From the human T2T-CHM13v2.0 reference genome, Homo sapiens, in assembly GCF_009914755.1 (NCBI RefSeq), contig NC_060930.1: DNA of 64,000 nucleotides. One strand, written 5' to 3'. Below, in pieces: positions 1-18,368 of this stretch. The notes beneath the pieces were generated by a model. That model ran no database searches, was not told where the DNA came from, and saw only the letters and a program-made list of their open reading frames with translations. The position numbers and the translations under genes are program-made. The first letter of the stretch is position 1. Every line of letters begins with the position of its first letter.

Positions 1-260
1 GTAGATTCTGGATATTAGCTCTTTGTCAGATGAGTAGGTTGCAAAAATTTTCTCCCATTCTGTAGGTTGCCTGTTCACTCTGTTGGTAGTTTCTTTTGCT
101 GTGCAGAAGCTCTTTAGTTTAATTAGATTCCATTTGTCAGTTTTGACTTTTGTTGCCATTGCTTTTGGTGTTTTAGACATGAAGTCCTTGCCCACACCTA
201 TGTCCTGAATGTTATTGCCTAGGTTTTCTTCTAGGGTTTTTATGGTTTTAGGTCTAACAT

Positions 261-1900
<1,640 letters not shown>

Positions 1901-2656
1901 TGGTTCTAACTTCCTCCTTTAGCTCGGAGTAGTTGGATCCTCTGAAGCCTTCCTCTCTCAGTTCGTGAAAGTTGTTCTCCGTCCAGCTTTGTTCCATTGC
2001 TGGTGAGGAGCTGCATTCCTTTGGAGGAGGAGAGGCGCTCTAATTTTTAGAGTTTCTGGTTTTTCTGCTCTGTTTTTTTCCCCATCTTTGTGGTTTTATC
2101 TCTCTTTGATCTTTGATGATGGTGACATACAGATGGGTTTTTGGTGTGGATGTCCTTTCTGTTTGTTAGTTTTCCTTCTAACAGTCAGGACCCTCAGCTG
2201 CAGGTGTGTTGGAGTTTACTGGAGGTCCACTGCAGACCCTGTTTGCCTGGGTATCAGCAGCGGTGGCTGCAGAACAGTGGATATTGGTGAACCGCAAATG
2301 CTGCTGCCTGATCGTTCCTCTGGAAGTTTTGTCTCAGAGGAGGACCTGGCCGTGTGAGGTGTCAGTCTGCCCTTACTGGGGGGTGTCTCCCTGTTAGGCT
2401 ACTTGGGGGTCAGGGACCCACTTGAGTTAGTCTGCCCATTTGTAGATCTCAAGCTGTTGCTGGGAGAACCACTACTGTCTTCAAAGCTGTCAGACAGGGA
2501 CATTTATGTCTGCAGAGGTTATTGCTGTCTTTTGTTTATCTGTGCCCTGCCCCCAGAGGTGGAGTCTACAGAGGCAGGCAGGCCTCCTTGAGCTGTGGTG
2601 GGCTCCACCCAGTTTGAGCTTCTTGGCTGCTTTGTTTACCTACTCAAGCCTGGGCA

Positions 2657-2881
2657 ATGGCGGGCACCCCTCCCCCAGCCTTGCTGCCACCTTGCAGTTT
2701 GATCTCAGACTGCTGTGCTAGCAATGAGCAAGGCTTTGTGGGCATAGGACCCTCCCAGCCTTGTGCGGGATATAATCTCCTGGTGTGCCGTTTGTTTAGC
2801 CCATTGGAAAAGCACAGTATTAGGGTGGGAGTGACCCGATTTTCCAGGTGCTGTCTGTCACCCCTTTCTTTGACTAGATAA
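2657..2881 (+). CDS. ORF0: L1 ORF0 homologue (74 aa) in the antisense 5'UTR of L1-A
   Basis: MAGTPPPALLPPCSLISDCCASNEQG...IRVGVTRFSRC resembles primate L1 ORF0; strong Kozak context GCAATGG; expression unknown. Confidence 0.7.
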   Translation: MAGTPPPALLPPCSLISDCCASNEQGFVGIGPSQPCAGYNLLVCRLFSPLEKHSIRVGVTRFSRCCLSPLSLTR

Positions 2882-3108
2882 GGGAATTCCCTGACCCCTT
2901 GCGCTTCCCGGGTGAGGCAATGCCTCACCCTACTTCGGCTCACTCACAGTGCGCTGCACCCACTGTCCTGTATGCACTATCCAGCACTCCCCAGTGAGAT
3001 GAACCCGGTACCTCAGTTGGAAATGCAGAAATCACCCATCTTCTGCATTGCTCACACTGGGAGCTGTAGACAGGAGCTGTTCCTATTCGGCCATCTTGGC
3101 TCCACCCC

Positions 3109-6006
<2,898 letters not shown>

Positions 6007-6069
6007 TATGATGTTAGCTGGTTATTTTGCTCGTTAGTTGATGCAGTTTCTTCCTAGCATCGATGGTCT

Positions 6070-7095
6070 TTACAATTTGGCATGTTTTTGCAGTGGCTGG
6101 TACTGGTTGTTCGTTTCCATGTTTAGTGCTTCCTTCAGGAGCTCTTGTAAGGCAGGCCTGGTGGTGACAAAATCTCTCAGCATTTGCTTGTCTGTAAAGT
6201 ATTTTATTTCTCCTTCACTTATGAAGCTTAGTTTGGCTGGATATGAAATTCTGGGTTGAAAATTCTTTTCTTGAAGAATGTTGAATATCGGCCCCCACTT
6301 TCTTCTGGCTTGTCGAGTTTCTGCCGAGAGATCCACTGTTAGTCTGATGGGCTTCCATTTGTGGGTAACCCAACCTTTCTCTCTGGCTTCCCTTAGCATT
6401 TTTTCCTTTGTTTCAACCTTGGTGAATCTGACAATTATGTGTCTTGGGGTTGCTCTTCTGAAGGAGTATCTTTGTGGCATTCTCTGTATTCCCTGAATTT
6501 GAGTGTTGGCCTGCCTTGCTAGGTTGTGGAAGTTCTCCTGGATAATATCCTGAAGAGTGCTTTCCAACTTGGTTCCATTCTCCCTGTCACTTTCACGTAC
6601 ACCCGTCAAACGTACATTTGGTCTTTTCACATAGTCCCATATTTCTTGGAGGTTTTGTTCATTTTTTTTTCACTCTTTTTTCTCTAAACTTCTCTTCTTG
6701 CTTCATTTCATTAATTTGATCTTCAATCAGTGATATCCTTTCTTCCACTTGATTGAATAGGCTAGTGAAGCTTGTGCATGCATCACGTAGTTCTCGTGCC
6801 ATTGTTTTCTGCTCCATCAGGTCATTTAAGGTCTTCTCTACACTGTTTATTCTTATTAGCCATTCGTCTAATCTTTTTTCAAGGTTTTTAGTTTCCTTGC
6901 GATGGATTCAAACATCCTCCTTTAGCTTGGAGAAGTTTGTTATTACCGACCTTCTGAAGCCTATTTCTGTCAACTTGTCAAAGTCATTCTCCATCCTGCT
7001 TTGTTCTGTTGCTGGTGAGGAGGTGTGATCCTTTGGAGGAGAAGTGGTGCTCTGGTTTTAAAATTTTCAGCTTTTTTGCTCTGGTTTCTCCCCAT
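6070..7095 (-). pseudogene. L1-B ORF1p remnant
   Basis: REKG and YPAKLS motifs in ORF 6070-6630; N-terminal part disrupted. Confidence 0.88.
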
Positions 7096-8199
7096 GTTTG
7101 TGGTTTTATCTGTCTTTGGTCTTTGATGATGGTGACCTACAGATGGGGTTTTGGTGTGGATTTTCTTTTTATTGATGTTGATGCTGTTCCTTTCTGTTTG
7201 TTAGTTTTCCTTCTAACAGTCAGGTCCCTCAGCTACAGGTCTGTTGGAGTTTGCTGGAGGTCCACTCCAGAACCTGTTTGCCTGGGTATCACCAGTGGAG
7301 TCTGCAGAACAGCAAAGATTGCAGAACAGCAAATATTGCTGCCTGATCCTTCCTCTGGAAGCTTTGTCTCAGAGGGGCACCCGGCTGTATGAGGTGTCAG
7401 TCGGCCCCTGCTGGGAGGTATCTCCAAGTTAGGCCACACGGGGTTCAGGGACCAAGTAGAGGAGGCAGTCTGTCCATTCTCAGAGCTCAGATGCCATGCT
7501 GGGAGAACCACTGCTCTCTTCAGAGCTATGAGACAGGGACGTTTAAGTCTGTAGAAGTTTCTGCTGCCTTCTGTTCAGCTATGCCCTTCCCCCAGAGGTT
7601 GAGTCTACAGAGGCAGGTGGGCCTCCTTGCACTGTGGTGGGCTCCACCCAGTTTGAGCTTCCAGGCTGCTTTGTTTACCTACTGAAGCCTCAGTAAAGGT
7701 GGACGCCCTTACCCCATCCAGGCTTGCCACCTTGCAGTTCCATCTGGCACTAGCAGTGAGCAACGCTCTGCAGGTGTGGGACCTGCTGATCCAGGTGCAG
7801 GATATAATCTCCTGGTGTGCCGTTTGCTAAGACCATTGGAAAAGTGCAGTGTTTAGGTGGCAACGTCCCAATTTTCCTGGTATAGTCTGTCATGGCTTCC
7901 CTTGGCTAGGAAAGGGAAATCCCATGACCCCTTGTCCTTCCTGGGTGAAGCGATGCCCTGCCCTGCTTCAGCTTGCCCTCTGTGGGCTGCACCCACTTTC
8001 ATACCAGTCCTAATGAGATGAACCACGTACCTCATTTGGAAATGCAGAAGTCACCCATCTTCTGCATTGATCACACTGGCAGCTGCAGACCAGAGCTGTT
8101 CTATTCGGCCATCTTGGAATGGACCCTGTTGGATCTGATTTTTTTAAAGGATTCTATTCACTTTTTTTTTTTTTTTTTTTTGTGGAGAATGAAGTAGAA

Positions 8200-9340
8200 G
8201 GGGCCAAGAGTAGCTGTGGGGTCACCTAGGAAGTGCAGATAAGAGATGATGTTGGCTTAGAAAAGAGTCTTGGATGGTGACAGTAGTCATGGAAAGAAGT
8301 CAATGGATACATGTTTACAAGTAGAATCAATAAAACTTGCCAAATCATTAACTGTAGAGGGTGAAGAGGACAATGTCAGGGATTAACCCTAAATTTCTGG
8401 CTTGGGTAAGACTGACCTTATGATAATATGGAGAACTACATTCTCTTTTGAACCCATTCCAATTAAGAGTTTTGTCCCTACCATTTCAGCCAAATTTCCC
8501 TTATCAAGGTCGTCAGTGATTTTCCTGTAGTCAAATCTTCCAGGGTAAATATCAACTCTCATCTTACCCTCCTGTTAGAAGCATCAGACAGAGCTAGTCT
8601 TTCCATGAAACCCTTAGTTATGCTCTAGTGGAACCTTCCTTTCCAGGTTGCTTCATTCCACCAGGTGTTCCTTCTTAGCCTTATTTGTTGGATCTTTTAC
8701 TTCTTTGCAACCTTCAAAGATTAGAGATGGTCCAAGGGTTGTCATTGGATCATTTCTCTTTATTTACTTTACTCTCTAGGTAAATGTATTTAGTCCCTGG
8801 CTTTAAATTCAACTGACCATTTCCAAATTTATTATTTATTTCCTGATTTCTCCCTTAGACCCCAGAGTTATAGCTTACTCTCACCCGTGCTCAAACCTGC
8901 CATTTTCACAGTCATCCCACCCCTTCCATGTATGACAACTCCATTCTCCATTTGCTCAAGCCAAAAAATTAGAAGACATCATTGATTCCTTTCTTTCAAA
9001 TCCCATACCCAAATCATCAGAAATTCCTGATGGAATTTCTGCATGTTCACACATGCAGAATCCAACCACTTCTCATTGCCTCTTCTGTGATTACCCCAGT
9101 CCAAGCCAGCATCTCCTCCATCTGGATTATTGCAAACTAGAGTCTTGCTTTCACCCCTGTTCTAATGCAGCCAGTTTACCACACAGCAGCTAAAGTGGTC
9201 CTTCTGAAAAAGAAATGAAGTCAGTCATCATTCTACCTAAAGTCTGCATTGGCTTTCCATTTTATGCTTTGTAAAAATCAAAGTCCTTACCAAGACCTAC
9301 TTGGCTCTATATTATTTGGCTGTCTGATACCTCTCTTAAT
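8200..9340. mobile_element. LINE-2 fragments (about 8200-8410 minus, 8440-9340 plus)
   Basis: Diverged similarity to recalled L2 consensus (e.g. TTGCTCAAGCCAAAAA..., ATCCAACCACTTCTC...). Confidence 0.6.
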
Positions 9341-9380
9341 GTTATATCTTCTTTTTTTTTCAGTGATTGTACATCATTTC

Positions 9381-9758
9381 TTTCCTTTTTAAAAATTTTA
9401 CTTTAAGTCCTGAGATACATGTGCATAATGTGCAGGTTTGTTACATAGATATACATGTGCCATGGTGATTTGCTGCACCTATCTACCCATCATCTAGATT
9501 TTAAGCCCCGCATGCATTATGTATTTGTCCTAATGCTCTCCTTCCCCTTGCCCCCCACCTGCTGACAGGCCTTAGTGTTTGATGTTCCCCTCCCTGTGTC
9601 CATGTGTTCTCATTTTTCAACTCCCTCTTATGAGTGAGAACATGCAGTGTTTGGTTTTCTGTTCCTGTGTTAGTTTGCTAAGGATGATGGCTTCCAGCTT
9701 CATCCATGTCCTTGCAAAGGACATAAACTTATTGTTTCTTATGGCTGCATAGTATTCC
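9381..9758 (-). mobile_element. L1-C 3' end fragment (L1PA8-PA10-like)
   Basis: L1 3'UTR and ORF2 C-terminus (EYYAAIR...KHCMFSLI) next to a T-rich tail. Confidence 0.85.
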
Positions 9759-11859
9759 AAAATGGGAGTTTCTCTCCACAAGCTCTTTCTTTGCCTGCCA
9801 CCATCCTTCGAAGTTGTGACTTTCTCCTCTTTTCCTTCTGCCATGATTGTGAGGCTTCCCCAGCCACATGGAACTGTAAGTTCTCCATTAAACCTCTTTC
9901 CTTGCAAATTGCCCATTATCAGCAGCATGAAAATGGACTAATACATTAAATTGATACCAGTAGACTGGGGTGTTGCCGAAAAGATACCTGAAAACGTGTA
10001 AATGACTTTGGAACTGGATAACAGGCAAAGGTTGGAACAGATTGGAGGGCTCAGAAGAAGACATGAAAATGTGGGAAAATTTGGAACTTCCTGTAGACTT
10101 GTTGAATGGCTTTGCCCACAGTGCTGATAGTGGTATGGACAATAAATAAAGTTCAGGCTGAGGTGGTCTCAGATGGAAGTGAGGAACTTCTTGGGAACCG
10201 GAGCAAAGGTAACTCTTGTTATGTTTTAGCAGAGACTGGCAGCATTTTGCCCCTACCCTAGAGATTTGTAGAGCTTTGAACTTGAGAGAGATGATTTAGG
10301 ATATCTAGTGGAAGAAGTTTCTGAGCAACAAAGCATTCAAGAGTTGACTTAGGTGCTGTTAAAGGCATTTAGTTTAAAAAGGGAAACAGCATAAATGTTT
10401 GGAAAATTTGCAGCCTGATAAAGCAATAGAAAAGAAAATCCCATTTTCTGGAGAAATTCAAGCCGGCTGCAGAAATTTGCATAAGTAATGAGGAGCTGAA
10501 TGTTAATCCCCATGACCATAGGGAAAATTTCTCCAGGCCATGTCAGAGGTCTTCATGGCAGCCCCTCCCATCACAGGCTGGGAGATCTTGGAGGAAAAAC
10601 TGGTTTTGTGGGTTGGGCCCAATGTTCCCATGCTGTGTGCAGCCTAGGACTTGGTGCCCTGTGTCCCAGCTGCTCCAGCTATATCTGAAAGGGGCCAACA
10701 TAGAGCTTTGGCCATGGCTTCAGAGGGAGCTTCCATGGTGTTGAGGCAGCTACCATGTGGTGTGGAGCCTGTGAGTGCACAGAAGTCAAGAATTGAGGTT
10801 TGGAAACCTCCACCTAGATTTCAGAAGATGTATGGAAATGCCTTGATGCCCAGGCAGAAGTTTGTGGTAGGGGTGGGGTCCTCATGAAGAACCTCTGCTA
10901 GGACAGTGGAGAAGGGAAATGTGGGCTGCAAGCCCTGATACAGAGTCCCTGCTGGGGCACTGCCTAGTGGAGCTGTGAGAAGAGGGTTACCATCCTCCAG
11001 ACCCCAGAATGGTAGATCCACTTACAGCTTGCACCGTGTGCCTGGAAAAGCTGCAGACACTCAATGCCAGCCTGTGACGACAGCTGGGAGGGAGGCTGTA
11101 CCCTGCAAAACCACAGGGGCAGAGCTGCCCAAGGCTGTAGGTACCTACCTTTTGCATCAGTGTGACCTGGATATGAGACATGGAGTCAAAGGAGATCATT
11201 TTGGAGCTTTAAGATTTGACTGCCCTGCTGGATTTCAGACTTGCATGGGGTCTGTAGCCCCTTTGTTTTGGCCAATTTCTCCCATTTGGAATGGCTGTAT
11301 TTACCCAAGTAACTAACTTGCTTTTGATTTTACAGGCTCATAGGTAGAAGGGGCTTGCCTTGTCTCAGATGAGACTTTGAACTGTGGACTTTGAGTTAAT
11401 GCTGAAACGATTTGAGACTTGGGGGACTGTTTGGAAGGTATGATTGATTTTGAAATGTGAAGATATAAAATTTGGGAGGGGCCAGGGGCAGAATGAATAG
11501 TTTCACTCTGTGTTCCCACCAAAATCTCATCTTGTAGCTCCCATAACTTCCACTTGTTGTGGAAGAGATCTGGTGAGACATGATTGAATCATGGGGGTGG
11601 GTCTTTCCATGCTGTTCTTGTGATAGTGAATGGGTCTCATGAGACCTGATGGTTTTAAAAATGGGAGTTTCTCTGCACAAGTTCTCTCTTTGCCTGCTTC
11701 CATCCTTGTAAGATGTGACTTGCTTCTCCTTGCCTTCCAACATGATTGTGAGGCTTCCCCAGCCGTGTGGAACTGTGAGCTCTCCATTAAAGCTCTTTCC
11801 TCTGTAATTGCCCAGTCTCATGTATGTCTTTATCAGCAGTGTGAAAATGGACTAATACA
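9759..11859 (+). mobile_element. THE1 (ERVL-MaLR, THE1A/B-like) provirus: truncated 5' LTR 9759-9945, internal 9946-11493, 3' LTR 11494-11859
   Basis: Both LTRs end GGACTAATACA; typical THE1 internal sequence; purine tract before the 3' LTR. Confidence 0.92.
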
Positions 11860-14351
11860 GTTGGTTTAAAGTCTGTTTTGCCAGATACTAGGATTGCAAC
11901 CTCTGCTTTTTTTTTTTTTTTTTTTTTTGCTTCCCATTTGCTTGGTAAATTTTCCTCCATCCCTTTATTTTGAGCCTATGTGTGTCTTGGCATGTGAGAT
12001 GGGTCTCTCTAATGCAGCAAACTGATGGGTCTTGACTGATGGGCAAAATGACCCAATTTGCCATTCTGTGTCTTTTAATTGGGGTTATTTAGCCCATTTA
12101 CATTTAAGGTTAATATTGTTATGTGTGAGTTGACCCTGTCATCATGATGCTAGCTAGCTATTTTGCACACTAGTTAATGCCATTTCTTCATATTGTCATT
12201 GGTCTTTATATTTTCATGTGTTTTGCAGTGGCTGGTACTGGTTTTTCCTTTCCATATTTAGTGCTTCCTTCAGGAGCTCTTGCAAGGCAGGGCTGGTGGT
12301 GACAAATTCCCTTGGCATTTACTTGTCTGAAAAGGATTTTATTTCTCCTTTATTTATGAAACTTAGTTTGTCTGAATATGAAATTCTGGGTTGAAAATTC
12401 CTTTATTTAAGAATGTTGAATATTGGCCCCTACTCTCTTCTGGCTTGTAGAGTTTCTCCTGAGAGATCTACTGTTAGTCTGCTGGGCTTCCCTCTGTAGG
12501 TGACCTGACCTTTCTTTCTGGCTGTCCTTAACATTTTCTTCCTTCATTTCAATCTTGTAGAATCTGATGATTATGTGTGTTGGTGTTGATCTTTTCATGG
12601 AGTATTTTAGTGGGGTTCTCTGTATTTCCTGAATTTGAATGTTGGTCTGTATTGCTAGGTTGGGGAAATTCTCCTGGATAATATCCTGAAGTGTTTTTTC
12701 CATGTTGGTTCCATTCTCCCTATCTCTTTCAGGTACTCCAATCAGTTGTAGGTTTGGTTTTTTTACATAGTCTCATATTTTTGGAGGTGTTGTTCATTCC
12801 TTTTCACTCTTTTTTTTTCTAATATTGTCTGCCTACCTTATTTCAGTAAGATAGTCTTATATCTGTAATATTCTTTCTTCTGCTTGATCAATTTGGCTAT
12901 TGATACCTATGTATGCTTAACAAAGTTCTGGTGCTGTTTTTCAGCTCCATCAGGTCATTTATGTTCCTCTCTAGACTGTTTATCCTAGTTAGCAGTTCCT
13001 GTAACCTTTTATCAAGGTTCTTAGCTTCTTTGCATTGGGTTAGAACATGCTCCTTGACCTCAGCAAAGTTTGTTATTACCCACCTTCTGAAGCCTACTTC
13101 TGTCAATTCGTCTGTCTCATCCTCCATCCAGTTCTGTGTCCTTGCTGGAGAGGTGTTGTGATTATTTGGAGGAGAAGAAGCACTCTGGCTTTTTTGGTTT
13201 GCAGTGTTTTTTTCATTGATTCTTTATGATCTTCATGAGTTTGTCTAGTTTTAATCTTTGAGGATGCTGACCCTTGGATGAGGTTTTAGTGGGGACTTTT
13301 TTTTTTGTTGATGTTGTTGTTGCTTTCTGTTAGTTTGTTTTTCTTTCAATAGTCATGTCCCTCTTTGTAGGGCTGATGCGGTTTGTTGGGAGTTCACTTC
13401 AGGCCCTATTCACCTGGTTTGCTCCTGCACCTGGAGATGTCACTCAAGGAGGCTGGAGAACAGCAAAAGATGGGTGCCTTCTCCTTCCTCTGGGATCTCT
13501 GACCTTGAGGGGCACTGACCTGATGCCAGTAAGAACACTCCTGTATAGGATGTCTGAGCACACTCCTTGTTGGGGTGTGTGCTCACCCAGTTGGGTGGCA
13601 CAGGAAGCAGGACCCATTTAACAAGGCATTTTGACTGTTCCTTGGTGGAGGGGGTGTGCTGCATTAGGGGGAAACCCCCTTGTCTGGTCTGCCAGGATTT
13701 CTCAGAGCTTGTAGGAGGAAAGACCAAGTCTGCTGGTCTGCAAAGTCTACAGCCACCCCTCGCTGTAGGGGCTCAGGCCCAGAGAGACCAGAGTTCTGTC
13801 CTTGAGCCCCTGACTTGAGTTGGAATTCCTGCAGGGAGTCCCTGCAGCTGCAGTGTTGGCTGCTGCCCCTCCCCCAAGGAGCCCTGATGGCTTAGACAGC
13901 AGGCAACCACAGCAGTGGTGATGGCCACCCCTCCCCCTGGGAACTCAGCAGGCTTAGGCCAATTCTAGCCAAGTGGGTGTTGGGAATCTGTGCAGCTCCA
14001 TGGTTGGGGCACAAGGCCCCAGTGGTGTGGGCTCCTGAGTGGGATCTTCCAATCCGTGGGTTGCACAGTTCCATGGAAAAAGCATAGTTTCCCAGGCTGG
14101 GTAGCACAGTCTCTTGGCTGGGAGTGGGGGCCCTACCCCGTATGGCTCTCAGTTGTGCTGTTGCACCATACCGCTCTTCCTTCTGTGTGTCATCCAGCCG
14201 CCTAGTCAGTCCTAATGACAGAATCTGGATACCTTGGTTGCTGGTGCAGTATTCACACACTGTTTTCGATCTTTTTGATGGGATCCCCTGATCGCCGCTT
14301 TTTCTAGTTTGATGGGAGCCCCTGATCGCCGCTTGCTTCAGACCAAGTCCC
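11860..14351 (-). mobile_element. L1-C 5' portion (start of ORF2, decayed ORF1, older-type 5'UTR)
   Basis: ORF1 peptides in ORFs 12407-12703 and 12897-13127; L1 resumes immediately after the THE1 3' LTR. Confidence 0.85.
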
Positions 14352-17300
14352 ATTACCTATTTATTTCTTGAGCTTATTGTTACTTGTTTCTTCTTTGCCT
14401 TTGCCATACTTATACAGTATTGTTGAGTTTTTTTCTTCCTAATTTGAAACTTTACATAACAGAGGGATTTAATTCCCTCTGACAATATTTTCTTTTTGAT
14501 CCATGTCTTTCGGTTTTTTATTCCCCCTTCTGATATGAATAATTCATCTATTTTGAAATAGTTTACTAATATAAAAACAAATATTTATTTTTAAAATCCA
14601 AAGTATCAATAAAGTAAATGATTCAAACAAAAACTTAAATTTCCTATGATAGTTTGTGTCCATAAATTTTCTTGGGCAGTCCTGTTTTTAATGTAGAGAT
14701 GCTCCTGGACTTTTTGCACATGTTTCTTGTGCCTGAAATATACTTCTTTACTTGCTTAATACCTTTTCTCTTTCAAACTCTTTAGATTGATGGTATCATT
14801 ATTTATCTTTTCTCTAGACTTTGACTTTTCTGCTTTTTTGCAGCTTTGAGAGTGTGACTATCAATTTATGCTTGCCTAGATTAAAAATTTTAAAGGCTAG
14901 ATTAGAGAAAAAAATCCAGGAAGGTCTTATCTATTTTAAATACAATCTGAATATGTTTCCATTAGAAATAATTTAGTACAGTTCATATTTGCTTGAGCTG
15001 GTCCCTGGTATTATTGCTGACATTGACATTCACTAAACTCCTTAATAAAAGTCAGACATATTCAAAGTAGCATTGGTAAAAAGGGTATGTGGAAAGCTGG
15101 TGAGAAGATTTAGAGCTTCTGATGGAATCTCCCAGTCTATGTTTCTTTCTCCACATTCAGATTAGTTTTTAGTATGAATGATGTTTAAATTTCTCAGTAA
15201 TACTTTAAAGCATCCCTTAAGTTAACTTTTGGAATTTATTCTTTTTCCCTCTAACTTGAGTTTTTCCTTCAGATTTGATGATAGGTTATTTGCTAATATA
15301 TTGGAGCTTTGTAATTTGCATGACATTGTTTTCTCCAAATATTCATCCATATACCCCTCTTCATGACCAACTCCATTTTTTATCCCTGAGTTCTAGTCCC
15401 TCCCCTGAAGAAAAACAAGATGAAAATGGTGCTTTTCAATATATTACTGAATATTTTTAGGCCTGTGTGGGTTAGTAGAGCCTGCATTAATGTGCAGTTG
15501 AAACTTTAGAGATTACTTTTTCCCCTAATAGGTCAAATAAATGAAAAGTTACAGCCCAAAACACAGTCTTTTTTCCCCCATTTGGTCCCATTGTGACAAT
15601 GAGAGAGTAAAAATTTTAAGGCTTAAAAAGGGTCACACATTTCCTGCAGGGACTGGAGTATAGGAGTAAAACCGTGTTAACTGATTTCCTTCCAACAAAC
15701 ATTTTGTGCACCTTTCTCAAGTGCCAGCTTCTTTTGTGAGTTGAATTTGGGGAGAAGAACTCTGTATCTGAGGTTCTCAGCTCAGTCCTGTCTGCTGGAT
15801 TTCTTCCTTCAGGTCACCACTACTAGCATGGACTACGGACAGCCTGCTCACCACAGCAGGGGCTTGAAGAATAGGAAGTTCACACTATGAATGTAATCCA
15901 TATGTGTTTATTCTGTAGAAATATTGGTATTATACTTCAAGTACCTTATTGATAACATAGTTTTTGGTTTATTTTATTAGAGAAATGTTCTGAATACTTA
16001 TTTGCAGTAGATTAAGAAAATTTTCATTATAATTTTCAATTGACATCTATGTGTTGTTAAAGAACAGAAAACATTTGTACTCTGAGCTAATCTGTTTTCT
16101 TAATATGGGTACTCTTTCATCAGGGGAACTCAGAGGAATGGACCGTTACATAAAGACTAAGAAAAAAATGGCAGAATACATATCTCGTATTGTTTTTTTT
16201 TGAGATAAAGATTATTTAGAGGGGAGCTTCTAAAGTCACTGACAAAATAAATTTTCTTAAAGGCCAGCTCCATTTTTTTCTGTCATCAGATGAAGTTTGA
16301 AACACTTCATTTCCAAATGATTTGCTTTCTTAGTAGTTTAATGTCTAATTAAATGTCTACATTTTTTAATTTAAATAAGGGTGAAGTTCTACTTTTGAAT
16401 TTCCATTCCAGAACATAGAGAGTTCTTGACTAGAAATTATAAATCTATAGCTCTCAGGTTTTTCTTTCTGTTTCTTTTTCCCTCTGTTTGTAAATTATTA
16501 TCTTCTCTTTTTGTGTTCCTCCTTCTACTTTATTTCTTTAGGATAAACATTCTTCAGTCCACTATCTTCAGGCTATAACCATACCAACTATAATCTCCTA
16601 TGTAATCTTTCTTATGCCCTCAATTCAAAATACATTTCTTTTATTTCCTTCTCTTTCTTTTCTTTATCCTTCCTATATGGTAATTATTAAACTTAGAAAT
16701 TTTCCATAAAACAAACATTATTGCCAGTAACTGTTATTGACTAAATGGACAAAAGGTTAACACACGATTATTTTAATGTCTTTGTTTCCAAGAACATCCT
16801 TTATATGATTTTTAATTTAGTGAATTCTTTTTCTTAAGGAAGTGTGTTCTCAGTAGTGTTCAGTAAGATATTATCAATCATTAACACACCGCTTATCTGT
16901 TACCTAACACAAATGTGAGGGTATTGATTAATTTTGGAGAGAGAAAAATTCAGACATTAGAGCATGTGGCATCAGAGCAAATGTGATGAAGGCAAAGCTG
17001 GAAGAAACATTGAAGTAAGATAAGGACACTAGGAGGATGGAAAAGTGAGATTACATTTTTATATGGGAGGATTCTTCAGAATGAAATATCAGAATAAAAC
17101 AAAGTTTAGTGGGAGTAATGTGCTGTCTCCAAATTCTGACTCAGCCTGACTCATACTCAACTTTTTGACTCTTAGGACCTGTCCTTTGACCAGTAACCAT
17201 TCAGCTGAGACATAAAGCAGCTGGATCTTATGTTTGGAGTTTGGTGGCCTGGAAATTTTAAATGATAAACAGCCAAACGGGGTTTAGCACAAAATAAATA

Positions 17301-17596
17301 AGATGCATCTTAAATTAGACTTGAAATATTTAAGTGAATGGACTCTAATAACCTTTCTAATTAGCCTTGATAAAGTCTTGGGAAATTGATTTCAGTCCAA
17401 CAGAGAAAAATACTACAATGTTGGATCATTCAAGGCTGTGGTTTACTGGTCTACATAATTAGTAAATTTTATAAAAATTGAATATTGTTTTGATGACTAA
17501 ATTGAAAGATTTATAAGACAATATCAGTATTTGCAAATATATGTAAAAATGCTATAAGAGCGAATAGAGCTTGAAGACTTGATGTAATTTATATAA

Positions 17597-17918
<322 letters not shown>

Positions 17919-18061
17919 TAATTATATAATAATAAACTATAAATGTAGGGAGGTAGGGATTCTAATGTGCACCATCCCTGGTACAGTGCCTAACATGTAC
18001 AACAGAAATACTTCTGGGTATGATAAAGACCTGGCAAAGTGTTTATTGTAATTCATGGTGG

Positions 18062-18368
<307 letters not shown>

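Noticed and set aside
15793-16190. Exon-like segments after pyrimidine-AG tracts
   Set aside because: Donor sites are weak and the translations are unrecognisable.
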